Of a stretch of DNA of 64,000 nt, positions 29,113 to 38,893 are shown piece after piece. The notes under the pieces were generated by a model, which was given only the letters and a program-made list of their open reading frames with translations, was not told the origin of the DNA and searched no databases. The stretch lies in IMG/VR virus record IMGVR_UViG_3300029288_000090, positions 32,001 through 96,000 of that record, one strand, 5' to 3'. Each line of letters opens with the position of its first letter. The stretch's first letter is position 1. The stretch is from a virus (taxonomy: Duplodnaviria; Caudoviricetes). Both the position numbers and the translations under genes were made by a program.

Positions 29113-30801
29113 TTACGTCGGATGATCAACTATGCCTCCTTTCATCTTGATGTATTCTAATATAGCATTTGTCGCTTTTGTCTCATCATCTCTATGAACA
29201 AAACTGATCTCTTCTGCAGAGTTTTTAACAACAATATCAATAATAATACATTGTTTGGTTTGAAATTCACGGAGTACTCTTCCCTCACATTGCTCTCGTG
29301 TTAAGCTCTTTTCCGCTTGTGCAAAGAAAATAACAATTCTGGAAACGACAAGTTCTAACGATTCTGAGCAACAGGACATTTGTCCTAAAAGAATTTGAAT
29401 TTTCTTATTATTTACAAAATTCTTATAGTTGGTAGATCGTTCTTCTTTTGAATCCTTTCCACGAATTGTAGTAAAATGATAATGGTTTTTCTTACACCAA
29501 TCGATCAAAAGGTCTCCTTCTTCAACATACTCAAAGAATATAATTACCTTTTCATCGATCTCTTGGAGAAGATATTCTAACTCTTTGAATTTGTTAGTAG
29601 GAACAGGAAAGGATCCTTTACTCCCATCAGGAGTTACTCCATAAATAAAACCACTACAAATCTGTTTTAATTTTTGTGGTTTGACTAAAGGTCCCTCAGT
29701 ATTGATTGTCAGATCTTTTAGATAAAGACAATCAGATTGTATAATCGATTCTTCTAACTTTAACTGTTCTGGTGTAGGGTCTACATTAATTCTCTTTCTG
29801 ACAGGTTCTTGAAGATCAATACATTCTTCTTTTGTATATCTGATACATGCAGAAGCTATCTTTTTTAAGATCTTTTCTTCACATCCTGATTTTAATTTCC
29901 ATTCAAATCCATATTGTTTAAAGTAAGCATTTCGGTATTTAAAGAAGTTGTTACCTAATGTTGCACCTAGGTCTATAACTCGCATAATATGCCACATTTT
30001 GAGAAGATTGGCGTCTTTGGTCCTTTTATTCAAAGGGGATCCTGTAAGGGCCACTAACTTTTTGGCTCTCCATGATAGTTGATAGATTATCTCAGATTGT
30101 TTACTAGCCTCTCCGGATGCTCTATGAACTTCGTCAAGATGAAGACAATTGAACTGATTCCCTATTCTATCATAGTTAATAACCCAGCCCTTCCAAAGTG
30201 GTTTTTTATCTTCCTCTTTTTTAGGTGTATAGGAGCATTTCTTATAGTGCTCCATGGCTTTTTGTTTGGCACTTCCTTCTTTGTCAGAATCATCCTGAGA
30301 GGTCCATTGAAGGGTACAGTAAGGACATTTATATACAAAATCTCCAAATATTGTTTTCAATCCCTCATATTGAATAATATAGTAATCAAATTCTTTTTCG
30401 AGACATAGCCTTCTTTCTGTAGTTGTTCCCTTAAGAAAAATGTACGAAAAGTCAGTATATTTAGATAAGTCTCTTTCCCATGCATCAAAGGAAGAACTTG
30501 GACCTACAACTAAATTTTTCTTACATCCCCACATCCAGGATGTCCAAATTGAGCATAAAGTTTTTCCAGTTCCAATTCCGTGAATAAACCCTACTCTATC
30601 TTTTTCAGAAGCAAAGCCAAGAGAAGCATATTGATGTTTTTTAGGGGTAGTCTTTGCAAACATAATAGGAGCTACATCTTGGAACAAATACTCAAGATCT
30701 TCTAAAGACAATAGTTTATAATCAAATTGACGGGTCTCAATAGAACGTCGCCTTTGAGAACCCACTTTAACTATCTTTCCATTTCTTTTAATAATACCCA
30801 T
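29113..30801 (-). CDS. SNF2-family helicase
   Basis: GIGTGKT, DEVH, LTGSP, KVIIF, Q..GR..R; inserted CPYC...H...C finger. Confidence 0.85.
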   Translation of the reverse strand: MGIIKRNGKIVKVGSQRRRSIETRQFDYKLLSLEDLEYLFQDVAPIMFAKTTPKKHQYASLGFASEKDRVGFIHGIGTGKTLCSIWTSWMWGCKKNLVVGPSSSFDAWERDLSKYTDFSYIFLKGTTTERRLCLEKEFDYYIIQYEGLKTIFGDFVYKCPYCTLQWTSQDDSDKEGSAKQKAMEHYKKCSYTPKKEEDKKPLWKGWVINYDRIGNQFNCLHLDEVHRASGEASKQSEIIYQLSWRAKKLVALTGSPLNKRTKDANLLKMWHIMRVIDLGATLGNNFFKYRNAYFKQYGFEWKLKSGCEEKILKKIASACIRYTKEECIDLQEPVRKRINVDPTPEQLKLEESIIQSDCLYLKDLTINTEGPLVKPQKLKQICSGFIYGVTPDGSKGSFPVPTNKFKELEYLLQEIDEKVIIFFEYVEEGDLLIDWCKKNHYHFTTIRGKDSKEERSTNYKNFVNNKKIQILLGQMSCCSESLELVVSRIVIFFAQAEKSLTREQCEGRVLREFQTKQCIIIDIVVKNSAEEISFVHRDDETKATNAILEYIKMKGGIVDHPT

Positions 30802-31902
30802 AAAATTTTCTCTTATACCTTATATTCTATAAACCATTCATGAACGGCATTATTATTATAATCAATACTACGGTTGTAGTTAATGTTCGGACGGAGTTGA
30901 ATTAACTCTACTTTATCCCAAGAGCTAGAATGAAAGTGTTCTCCATCACGATATTTTTTCTCACATTGAGGAATAACACATAAACTTCTTCCATCAGGCA
31001 ATGTACAAAGAAATATTCTTGGTTCCGCTTCTTTTATTATTATATCTCCTTTCTTATAGTAAACATTGACGGGAGTACCTAATGTAGGAGGGTGTGCAGG
31101 ATATTTGACCTCTAGAATTACTTGTGCCCAAGATTTGATTAGTTCCTGATGTTCTGTGGAGAAGGAGAAACTGCTTGGTGTTGTAATAGTCAGTAACACT
31201 TCTTTTTTAAGCATACTTAAGTTCCTTTTCTAAATAATTTTGCATAATACTTTATATACTCTTGTCCACTATAGTTTTTGATTTCCGCTGCTTGATAAAT
31301 AATAGAGATATACTCAACCATCTTCTTTACGGTCCACGCGTGGATATATTTTCCAGGTTCTTGAGTTACCTCTTCATTATGAATCCAAAAATCTTTCTCA
31401 ACAAATCCTTCATACTCTAACTCCCAAACTCTTTTTCTTCGTTTTATCCAGATCCAAACGTTGGGTTCATAAATTCGAGTAGGAAGACGAGCTATAGAAA
31501 TATGAAACCAATAAGGACATCGACAAATTCTCCCGTCTCCATCTTTATTTGGGCAGTATTCATTATTGTAGTAATTTACATCTCCTATTTGTAACCCAAC
31601 CAAAGCCAGACCTTCTGAAAAAGCATTGTATTGAACAAACGTTTCCAGAAGTCGTAAATCTTTTTTATCTAATAATTGTGTTGGTTTATCGTAACTCACA
31701 AATATCTCCTTACTACTTCTCCATAAGTTCTTTCATATCCTTCTTAATCTGTCCGTTCTCTCTACATAATCTACAAACGTACCACGTCCCATTTTTAGGA
31801 GTGTCAAAGCAGAATAGATCTTTAAACTTAACTTCATCATTACAAAAATCACAACTGGTAAGATGATCATCTGTATGATCTCCAAGAGTCAAAGATCTGA
31901 AT

Positions 31903-33300
31903 TTAATCATCCTCTTCCTCCTCTTCATCTCTCTTATCAGAAGGATCTGGAGGAAACCAACTGTCTGTACAAACTTGGCCTATGTCCAAATTCTGTTTTA
32001 TGAAACATCCTCTTCCATCTTGGACGGATCTTCCTCCTATAATCCATGCTCTCATCTCACTTCTGCTTCTTTGAGTCTCATCTGAAGAGATAGCCAGAGC
32101 CAGATCTACGTTAGCTAACTTTCGAATGTCTTCCGCAAAATCAGCTTGATGGAGTTTTGCTTTGAGAAGAGCCGCTCTGTTGGTTTGACTGACCGTCATG
32201 ACGGTAATATTTCTTTCGTCTGCTATTCTTTTATGATCAATATAAATTTGATTGATGGACTCTCTTCTACTACTGGGAGGAATTGACATAATATCAGCGT
32301 AGTCATTGATTAACAAATCTGGAACAAAACTGTAGTATGTTTCCAAATAATTTAAATATCTATCTATCTCGTTCATAGTACACGTACCCATAGCGTACTT
32401 CTTAATGATTAATCTTCCTCCCATCTTTCTCCAGATCCTTCTAACCTTTTTAACAGCTTTTAGAGAGTAAGCAGAAGGAGATATAATTTTTTTCTCCTTG
32501 ATAAGTTCTCCTTTACTTCCCATTTCTTGCACGGTAATTTCTGAAGATTCTCCATCTCTATTTCCCGTCAATCCTCCCAGATTTCTGTCATATCGTTCTT
32601 CTATTTCTTCTATCTCCATTTCATGGCTGATATGAAGAACATTCATTCCTTTAAGAAGTCCTTGCTTTCCCATATGATTTAAGAACCAACTTTTCCGTCC
32701 TTTTAGACCCCCAAGGATACATACAAACCATCCTCTTCTAATGCCTCCTTTAAGAAGAATGTCTAGTTGATCTATTCCTGTAGGGAGATACACTTCGTCC
32801 AAGGTTTTGTTATAGTATGTAGGAACATCAGAGAGGAAGTATTCTAATCCTACGTTCTCCTTTTCTACCCCTGCTCGAAGAGCTTGGTGCATTAAGGAAC
32901 GAGCCTCTTCAAATCTCCCTTTTTCAACCATTTTAACAAAATCAACAGCTGCCTCCTCAAAAGTCCTGGCCCTGACGAAATCAGAAATAGTTTTTATAAC
33001 ATAATCAACATTAGGGGGATCCATTTCAGAAATTCGAGTGACATATGATGTATACAACTTTCTGTCTTCTGGATCCTTCTTCTGAATTCTTCTGACCAAT
33101 TCATCATGGAGATGATTTTCAGGGGCTGCTCCAAATTGATCATAATATTCATAGCATACCCTGACAAGGGTTGCTGTTACGTCAGAAGTGAAATATTCAT
33201 AAGGAACAGAAGTCCTGACTAACTTTAAAAAGTCCGAACTAGTAACTGCCAAATGAACAAAGCAATCCTGAATATGTTGATTGATTACTGATTGTGACAT
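31903..33300 (-). CDS. dnaB: DnaB-like replicative helicase
   Basis: LPTGI..LD....GG, atypical Walker A GGLKGRKS, HISHEM, INDYADIM, TVSQTNR. Confidence 0.8.
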   Translation of the reverse strand: MSQSVINQHIQDCFVHLAVTSSDFLKLVRTSVPYEYFTSDVTATLVRVCYEYYDQFGAAPENHLHDELVRRIQKKDPEDRKLYTSYVTRISEMDPPNVDYVIKTISDFVRARTFEEAAVDFVKMVEKGRFEEARSLMHQALRAGVEKENVGLEYFLSDVPTYYNKTLDEVYLPTGIDQLDILLKGGIRRGWFVCILGGLKGRKSWFLNHMGKQGLLKGMNVLHISHEMEIEEIEERYDRNLGGLTGNRDGESSEITVQEMGSKGELIKEKKIISPSAYSLKAVKKVRRIWRKMGGRLIIKKYAMGTCTMNEIDRYLNYLETYYSFVPDLLINDYADIMSIPPSSRRESINQIYIDHKRIADERNITVMTVSQTNRAALLKAKLHQADFAEDIRKLANVDLALAISSDETQRSRSEMRAWIIGGRSVQDGRGCFIKQNLDIGQVCTDSWFPPDPSDKRDEEEEEDD

Positions 33301-33563
33301 AATCTATTTGCCATCTACATTATTTTGGAACTTCTTCCAATCTCTACGACATACTCCATATCCAAATAAGTATCCGACTGTAAAACAAACACCAGCAAAT
33401 GTAAGTAGCCATCCTAACATATTATCTCCTTCTACAAGTTGTAGGAACCTTAAAAATTATACCCAAAAATCTAAGTACGTCGCTCTGCAGGGTCCCTATC
33501 TCTGGAAACGGGTATATTGACAGGGACCAGAGAACAAAACACGTACAGGGCCCGTCAGTCATT

Positions 33564-34502
33564 TTATCCGATAACTCTTTCATTTAAGTATTGTGGAAAA
33601 ACAGTTGTCCAAGTCGCTTCTGAACATATACTGGAAGTATACACCAAACGATTTTGTTGCTTATAAGTAGAATCTAAGGCATCTATCAGAAGTTCTTCAT
33701 AATCCTTGGGAATGACGTCTCTTTTCTTACAAAAGGAACGGAGCTTCTTTGCAGCTTTAATAAACTTATTTTGCTCTTTGGAGGAGTTTGCCGTGAACTT
33801 TTTCTTGGATCCTACAAATCTATCTCGGAATAATCGATACAATCTCTCAGCTATATCCAGAATTTCAGGTTCATCACTTTCCAGATCTGTGGAGTCCATC
33901 TCCATTTCTAATCGATCAAATTGAGCCCGCAACTTATTTGTACTTAAAATATTTCTCCTCCAGAAAAGATCTTGTTGGCACCATTCTATGACTTTAGCTA
34001 TTGTTTCGGGATCCCGTTTGTCTCTTCGGATCATTCGATCAATGACCAGAGTCCATTCCTGAAGATTAGGAGTTCTATAATCTGGCTTGTGTTTTTTGAT
34101 TAGATTGAGAAGTCCTTCGGCCAGAATATACTCTGTAGAATCGGGTGCAAACTTTTGAAAAGTCCGCACCCTGGTTTTCCGGCTCACAACTTTTGTAAAA
34201 GTTTGGAGGGCAGAAAAGTCCGCCTCATAACTCCCTAAAAGTTCAGACAATATATTATATTCTTTTATTAATTTAAATTTATTAATAATATTAATTATAT
34301 CACAACTTTTAACTGAAAAGTCCGCACCCTTCATTTCCTGATTAGTAGTGAGTTGTAAGGTCACAGCCTCCACTAAAATTTGAATAGCTATTTTCAGGGT
34401 GCAAACTTCTTGAGTCAGGATGCAAACTTTCTGTTGTAAATCTTCCAGGGTGCAAACTTTTTCTGGAGTCTCAGGACTGTCTATTTCTGATTCGTTAGGC
34501 AT
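33564..34502 (-). CDS. Phage replication initiator (lambda O / replisome-organiser-like)
   Basis: W......M...D.R....I..VI.W...D.FW..NILS..KLR.QFD.L domain; internal iteron-like repeats; upstream of DnaB. Confidence 0.7.
   Translation of the reverse strand: MPNESEIDSPETPEKVCTLEDLQQKVCILTQEVCTLKIAIQILVEAVTLQLTTNQEMKGADFSVKSCDIINIINKFKLIKEYNILSELLGSYEADFSALQTFTKVVSRKTRVRTFQKFAPDSTEYILAEGLLNLIKKHKPDYRTPNLQEWTLVIDRMIRRDKRDPETIAKVIEWCQQDLFWRRNILSTNKLRAQFDRLEMEMDSTDLESDEPEILDIAERLYRLFRDRFVGSKKKFTANSSKEQNKFIKAAKKLRSFCKKRDVIPKDYEELLIDALDSTYKQQNRLVYTSSICSEATWTTVFPQYLNERVIG
34143..34461. repeat. Putative replication origin: >=7 iterons (A)GGGTGCRRACTTT in both orientations around an AT-rich tract (~34247-34300)
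   Basis: Copies at 34143(+), 34158(-), 34213(-), 34316(-), 34396(+), 34417(+), 34447(+). Confidence 0.7.
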
Positions 34503-34669
34503 TTTTTCTTAATTTTATAAGATATTTTTTCTTTTTTGACGTGAATTTGGTTATAGGTACTGTCTATCATGGTATTTATAAAATATTCGTGCCTTCCCGT
34601 TAAATTTATAGAAAAATAAGTATTTTTTTGCTGTTTTCATAAAAATATTCATTTTTTTGTTTCGTGAGT

Positions 34670-34688
34670 AGTATATATTATTATTGTA
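34670..34688 (+). promoter_or_regulatory. Conserved promoter-like motif AGTATATATTATTATTGTA (copy 1)
   Basis: Exact repeat at 35588-35606; 16/18 match at 46842-46859; each precedes a + strand transcription unit. Confidence 0.65.
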
Positions 34689-34751
34689 CGTTTTAAGTTA
34701 TTCTTAGATGAGGTTTTCAAGATGGTTCCTTTGAAAAGTAAATAGAGATAA

Positions 34752-35573
34752 ATAACATTCCGTATATGAAGTAAATTATTTCTTTATGTACGTCAGAATG
34801 TTATGAAGCACAACAAGAAGCCTGTAACTCCTAGGTAATTTAGGCCGCAGGCACATTTTACGGAGACTGGTTATCTCCTCGGATGGTTGAGATGGACATT
34901 AAACTATATACCTGTCTGTTCTTAAGTTGTCCACTAGTGACAACCTTGTTGTGTTCCCGGGTGGCTCTTACTGAGTCCCCGGGTTGTTTACAATAAGGTA
35001 TTAAATCAAATGCCTTTTGTTTTAGGCCCACGGATTACATCAATTCGTAGCAGGTTTAATGCTTTTTAAAATAAGTTCTCGGCGGTGCCAGACTGCGATT
35101 ACCTCTATGCATCGCCGAGACATTACTGCGGAGTAGAGCAGTTGGTAGCTCGTTTGGCTCATAACCAAAAGGTCGCTGGTTCAAGTCCAGCCTCCGCTAG
35201 TAGCTACGTATCGGACCGGTCAACAGCCGATTGTTGACGGAGCCTCAGAAGCTCACGTAGCTATTTGTTCTACTCACGAATTTTGTGGTGTGAGAGTGAG
35301 TAGCTTTGATAAGAATGTCAGCAACGGAAGTTGTGGACGGGCTCCGTGTCCAGCTGAGTAATTACGGAGTAGGTTGTTGATGAATACTAAAATGTTTATC
35401 AATGTAAAACGTCAGTCGCACAGCCGCTGTAATCCTTTGAAGCCTGGTATTCTTTCATTATAGTTCTCTATCGTGCAACTATGCACAACGTCGCTAGTTT
35501 GATAGGATTGCCGGTTGATATTAAGCTGCTAGCACGAAACCGGATGTCAGGAATTAACCTGTTAGAGAACTAT
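34752..35573 (+). ncRNA. Tiled array of ten predicted structured RNA elements surrounding tRNA-Met
   Basis: No ORF >=60 aa; consecutive closed stems with 0-18 nt linkers; G-U pairs favour the + strand. Confidence 0.65.
35127..35199 (+). tRNA. tRNA-Met(CAT), initiator-like; CCA not encoded
   Basis: TGCGGAG/CTCCGCT acceptor, GAGC/GCTC D-stem, TTTGG-CTCATAA-CCAAA anticodon arm, GCTGG-TTCAAGT-CCAGC T-arm. Confidence 0.92.
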
Positions 35574-35587
35574 TTTTATTTGCAGTC

Positions 35588-35606
35588 AGTATATATTATT
35601 ATTGTA
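35588..35606 (+). promoter_or_regulatory. Promoter-like motif AGTATATATTATTATTGTA (copy 2)
   Basis: Exact repeat of 34670-34688, upstream of the QueE/DpdA operon. Confidence 0.65.
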
Positions 35607-36392
35607 AGTCTTTAGTGGAACGTCGGCGTGCTGGGTGCCCAGTACGTCCTCTTGCTTTTAAAATATTATATGATACGAACAGTACAAAGTAAAGAATTGT
35701 GGAAGGTCCAGTTTTGGGCTTATCCTTCTGGAGGAGGCAGAACTTTTTTAGATACTGCAGTTGTTCGAGCAGATTCTAAAGAGTCAGCCATAGAAATTTT
35801 TAATAGTTACAGAAATCTTAGGACTAGTTCTCCACCAGTAGCTAGTAATGTAAATCTCTTAGAAGTCATAGAAGACAGTTAATATGATTACTGACTATTC
35901 AGAAAAAGAATTATTGATGTTACGATCTTTGGGAATTTCTAATATGCTATTTGAAAAGTTATCTATTTTGGATACTTACAAAGCAGCTATTGAGCATGTG
36001 TTTTTGTATAAAAAGACAGGTGCTGCAGTTGACTCTTTGAGGAGATGTTGGCAGGCTATATGTATTTGTAGTTTTCCTAGAAACACAGAAGAATTTGACA
36101 AGTTAATACAATTAGATTTTGTAGAAGAAGAGAAGGGAGTTACAAAAGTTAGTGATAAGCTGTTAGATGAATTCATGGTTTGGATTCATGAAATCATACA
36201 ATATTCTTATGCTCTTAAGATAGCTTTTCATTGTGATGGATTTCCTTTAAAAGTAGTTATAGAGAATCATCCGGAAGTTCTTTGCGGTTGTCCAATAGAA
36301 GATGAAACAATAGATGCATTCGAAAATCAACCTATTCGTTATATAGGAGATCGATTAGTATCTAAACTTTTGTGTGGATGTCCGATATTTAT

Positions 36393-37148
36393 ATGGTAGA
36401 CGTATTTAGTATTTACAATTCAATAGATGGAGAGGTAAATGGATTCCATGGAATAGGGGAACCTACTACGTTTATTCGACTTAAGGGTTGTAATCTTCGG
36501 TGTAAGTTTTGTGACACCCAGTATGCTAATCAAGAAGGTGGTTTAGGTGAGTTGACCATCGAAGATATTTTGAAGTATCCTTTGCTTAATAAGATTACGA
36601 TTACGGGAGGAGAACCACTTCTTCAGAAGGATAGTCTTATATCATTATTAGAAAAATTACTGATAGATACAAAAGAGCGTGCAGGGAAAAATATTAGTAT
36701 AGAAACAAATGGCACTATCAGTATAAGAGATTTTGATGAGGATGGTCTTATAATATGTTTCAGACGCAGTGATGAAGAATGTATTCCTAGATTACGATTT
36801 GTTGTGGATTATAAGTTGAATGCTTGTTTTGAGGAAGAGAACTTTAAGTTAATGAATGAATTTGATGTTCTTAAATTTGTAGTTGGATCAGAAGAAGAGT
36901 ATAAGTTTGCAAAGGAAGTGATTAGGAAACATAGACCAAGATGTTTGGTAGCTTTCAGTCCAGTTATGAATAAAGAATGGAGATCTATTAGTTTAGAACA
37001 AGGACGTAATTTCTATTCTATATTATTTGCCAAACAATTAGCAGAATGGGTAGTCAGGGATTCTAGCAGTTTACCATGTAGAACAATATTCAGTCTGCAG
37101 CTACATAAGGTGTTGTGGCCAGATTGTGATGGAACTAATGAACGCTGA
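36393..37148 (+). CDS. queE: 7-carboxy-7-deazaguanine synthase (radical SAM)
   Basis: SIDGE....G.P..FIRL.GCNLRCKFCDT.YA, ITGGEPLLQ, IETNGT, DYK, LQLHK..W. Confidence 0.92.
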   Translation: MVDVFSIYNSIDGEVNGFHGIGEPTTFIRLKGCNLRCKFCDTQYANQEGGLGELTIEDILKYPLLNKITITGGEPLLQKDSLISLLEKLLIDTKERAGKNISIETNGTISIRDFDEDGLIICFRRSDEECIPRLRFVVDYKLNACFEEENFKLMNEFDVLKFVVGSEEEYKFAKEVIRKHRPRCLVAFSPVMNKEWRSISLEQGRNFYSILFAKQLAEWVVRDSSSLPCRTIFSLQLHKVLWPDCDGTNER

Positions 37149-37164
37149 TAAAGGAGATACAGCA

Positions 37165-37644
37165 ATGTCAGAACACGATGATAAATGTGAAGCTTTTGGA
37201 CTTGATTTTAGTGAAACTGCCAAAGAATGTGAGAAGTGCAAAAATGCATATCCGGAGGAACATGCGGAATGCAGGATCTTGACGGAACAAAATAGGAAGA
37301 AGCAGGAGGAACCTAAATCTTCTCCTCCAAAGGAAGTTGAACCTGAGAAGAAAGACAACTCTTCTGAAGAGAAAACTACAAAGGTTTCAGGAAGGAAAAA
37401 AGCCTTAAGTGTCAACGTCAAGCAAGTCTGTCGAGATATGATCGCGGGAGGAAAAGGAAAGGAGGAGATCCTAACAGATATTGCCAATCTTTATAAAGAT
37501 GCTGGAAAAGAAGAAAAGTATGCACAATCCCGTGCCCGTGCAATTTATAATGACATCAGTAAGGAGAAGCAAGGAGATGCCGGAGCAGAAGAAAAAACAG
37601 AATCAGATACAAATAATTCAACAGACAATAGTAGTCAGAAGTAG
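37165..37644 (+). CDS. Cys-motif plus basic helical domain protein; paralog of 12504..12731
   Basis: C..FG.......C..C.......C N-terminus; shared C-terminal domain. Confidence 0.65.
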   Translation: MSEHDDKCEAFGLDFSETAKECEKCKNAYPEEHAECRILTEQNRKKQEEPKSSPPKEVEPEKKDNSSEEKTTKVSGRKKALSVNVKQVCRDMIAGGKGKEEILTDIANLYKDAGKEEKYAQSRARAIYNDISKEKQGDAGAEEKTESDTNNSTDNSSQK

Positions 37645-37954
37645 ATTCCAGGCAGTCCATTCTTGGCCTGGATGTCCTTTTGAAGAAGTTTCGTTTTTAA
37701 GGAATCCTCATAGACATGAGTTTCATGTTGAAGCAGAATTTCTTATTGCAGAAGATCGGCAGAAGGAATTCTTTATGATCAAGAAGGAACTGAACAATGT
37801 TTTGATAGAATTTTATGAAGGAAAAGATCTTGGATCTAAATCCTGTGAAACAATAGCTTTAGAACTTGCATTTGAGATGTCCGAACGTATAGGAGATGTT
37901 GCCAGGATTTCTGTATTTGAAGACGGAGAGAATGGTGCTCATGTCTACTGTTAA
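37577..37954 (+). CDS. QueD-like T-fold protein, DpdL-like (candidate CDG decarboxylase)
   Basis: F.A.H.W...P..V.FLRNPHRHEFHV, SCE.IA, V.EDGENGA; LxxxHRHxF replaces the QueD CxxxHGH. Confidence 0.7.
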   Translation: MPEQKKKQNQIQIIQQTIVVRSRFQAVHSWPGCPFEEVSFLRNPHRHEFHVEAEFLIAEDRQKEFFMIKKELNNVLIEFYEGKDLGSKSCETIALELAFEMSERIGDVARISVFEDGENGAHVYC

Positions 37955-37970
37955 CTTTTAAAGTAAGGAG

Positions 37971-38873
37971 TTGTATAGAGTGATTCAGCATCAAACGTTG
38001 CCTGGACCTTTTCGAGTAGAGTATCCAGAAGTTTATCAACTTGAAGTTTGCTCAGCTTGTCAACTTCATTGTAAGATGTGCCCACGTGAAAAGTATACGA
38101 GAAAAGATCCAAGGAACTTCATAGAGATGTCAGTTGTCAAGAAGTTGATTGCTGAAGATTCCTTTCGTGGAAGTTATTTTCTAGAGCTCCAAATGGCTGG
38201 TGAACCTTTACTTCATCCACATCTTCTAGATGTTGTTAGTGAGATAAAGAAAGCATACCCTAAATTGAAGTTAGGGTTAAGTACTAATGGGATGTTGATT
38301 AAGAGACAATTACAAGCTCTTATCCTTTTAGATTACATCACAGTAAGTATTGATTCCGTAGACGAGTATGAAGACATCCGTACAGGTGGAGATGTACGTG
38401 TGCTTAGGGAAGGCATAGGGCTCCTCTTGGACAATCTGGAATTTGAACGAACGGCTTTGGATTTACAAATTGTAGAATTAGGCGATTGGCAGTATCAGTT
38501 AGAAAAAGTTAAATCTATCTACACCAACACACCAATCAACGTTAGGACCGTTCCAGATTGTTTTAGGACGGTGTTTGAGAAATCTGATCACTATCCTGTC
38601 AAGAGTGAGCCCTGTGTCAACCCATGGTGGTCAGTAAGTATTCAAGCAAATGGGAACGTAGTCCCTTGTTGCTTTAGTTTCGGGGATGATCTTATTTACG
38701 GTAATGTCAAAGACACTTCTTTGGAGAAAATTTGGAGAACATCCTCTACGCTTGGTATTCTTAGAGCATTCCATTCTACTGGAGTAGTACCTGAATTATG
38801 TAAGAAGTGTTATATGCGTTCTCCTGCTTTTTTGCATTGGAATATCTTCAGTACGTCACTGAAGAATAAATAA
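37971..38873 (+). CDS. Radical SAM protein with SPASM/twitch domain
   Basis: CQLHCKMC, GEPLLHP, STNG, C..PW....I..NG.V.PCC, C..C. Confidence 0.85.
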   Translation: MYRVIQHQTLPGPFRVEYPEVYQLEVCSACQLHCKMCPREKYTRKDPRNFIEMSVVKKLIAEDSFRGSYFLELQMAGEPLLHPHLLDVVSEIKKAYPKLKLGLSTNGMLIKRQLQALILLDYITVSIDSVDEYEDIRTGGDVRVLREGIGLLLDNLEFERTALDLQIVELGDWQYQLEKVKSIYTNTPINVRTVPDCFRTVFEKSDHYPVKSEPCVNPWWSVSIQANGNVVPCCFSFGDDLIYGNVKDTSLEKIWRTSSTLGILRAFHSTGVVPELCKKCYMRSPAFLHWNIFSTSLKNK

Positions 38874-38893
38874 TTTTATGTAAGGAGTCTATT

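Noticed and set aside
34752-35573. tmRNA, RNase P, SRP RNA or hammerhead ribozyme identity for the RNA array
   Set aside because: By eye there are no tRNA-Ala-like ends or tag ORF, no GAGGAAAGUCC, no SRP domain IV motif and no properly placed CUGANGA/GAAA core. A covariance-model search is still needed.
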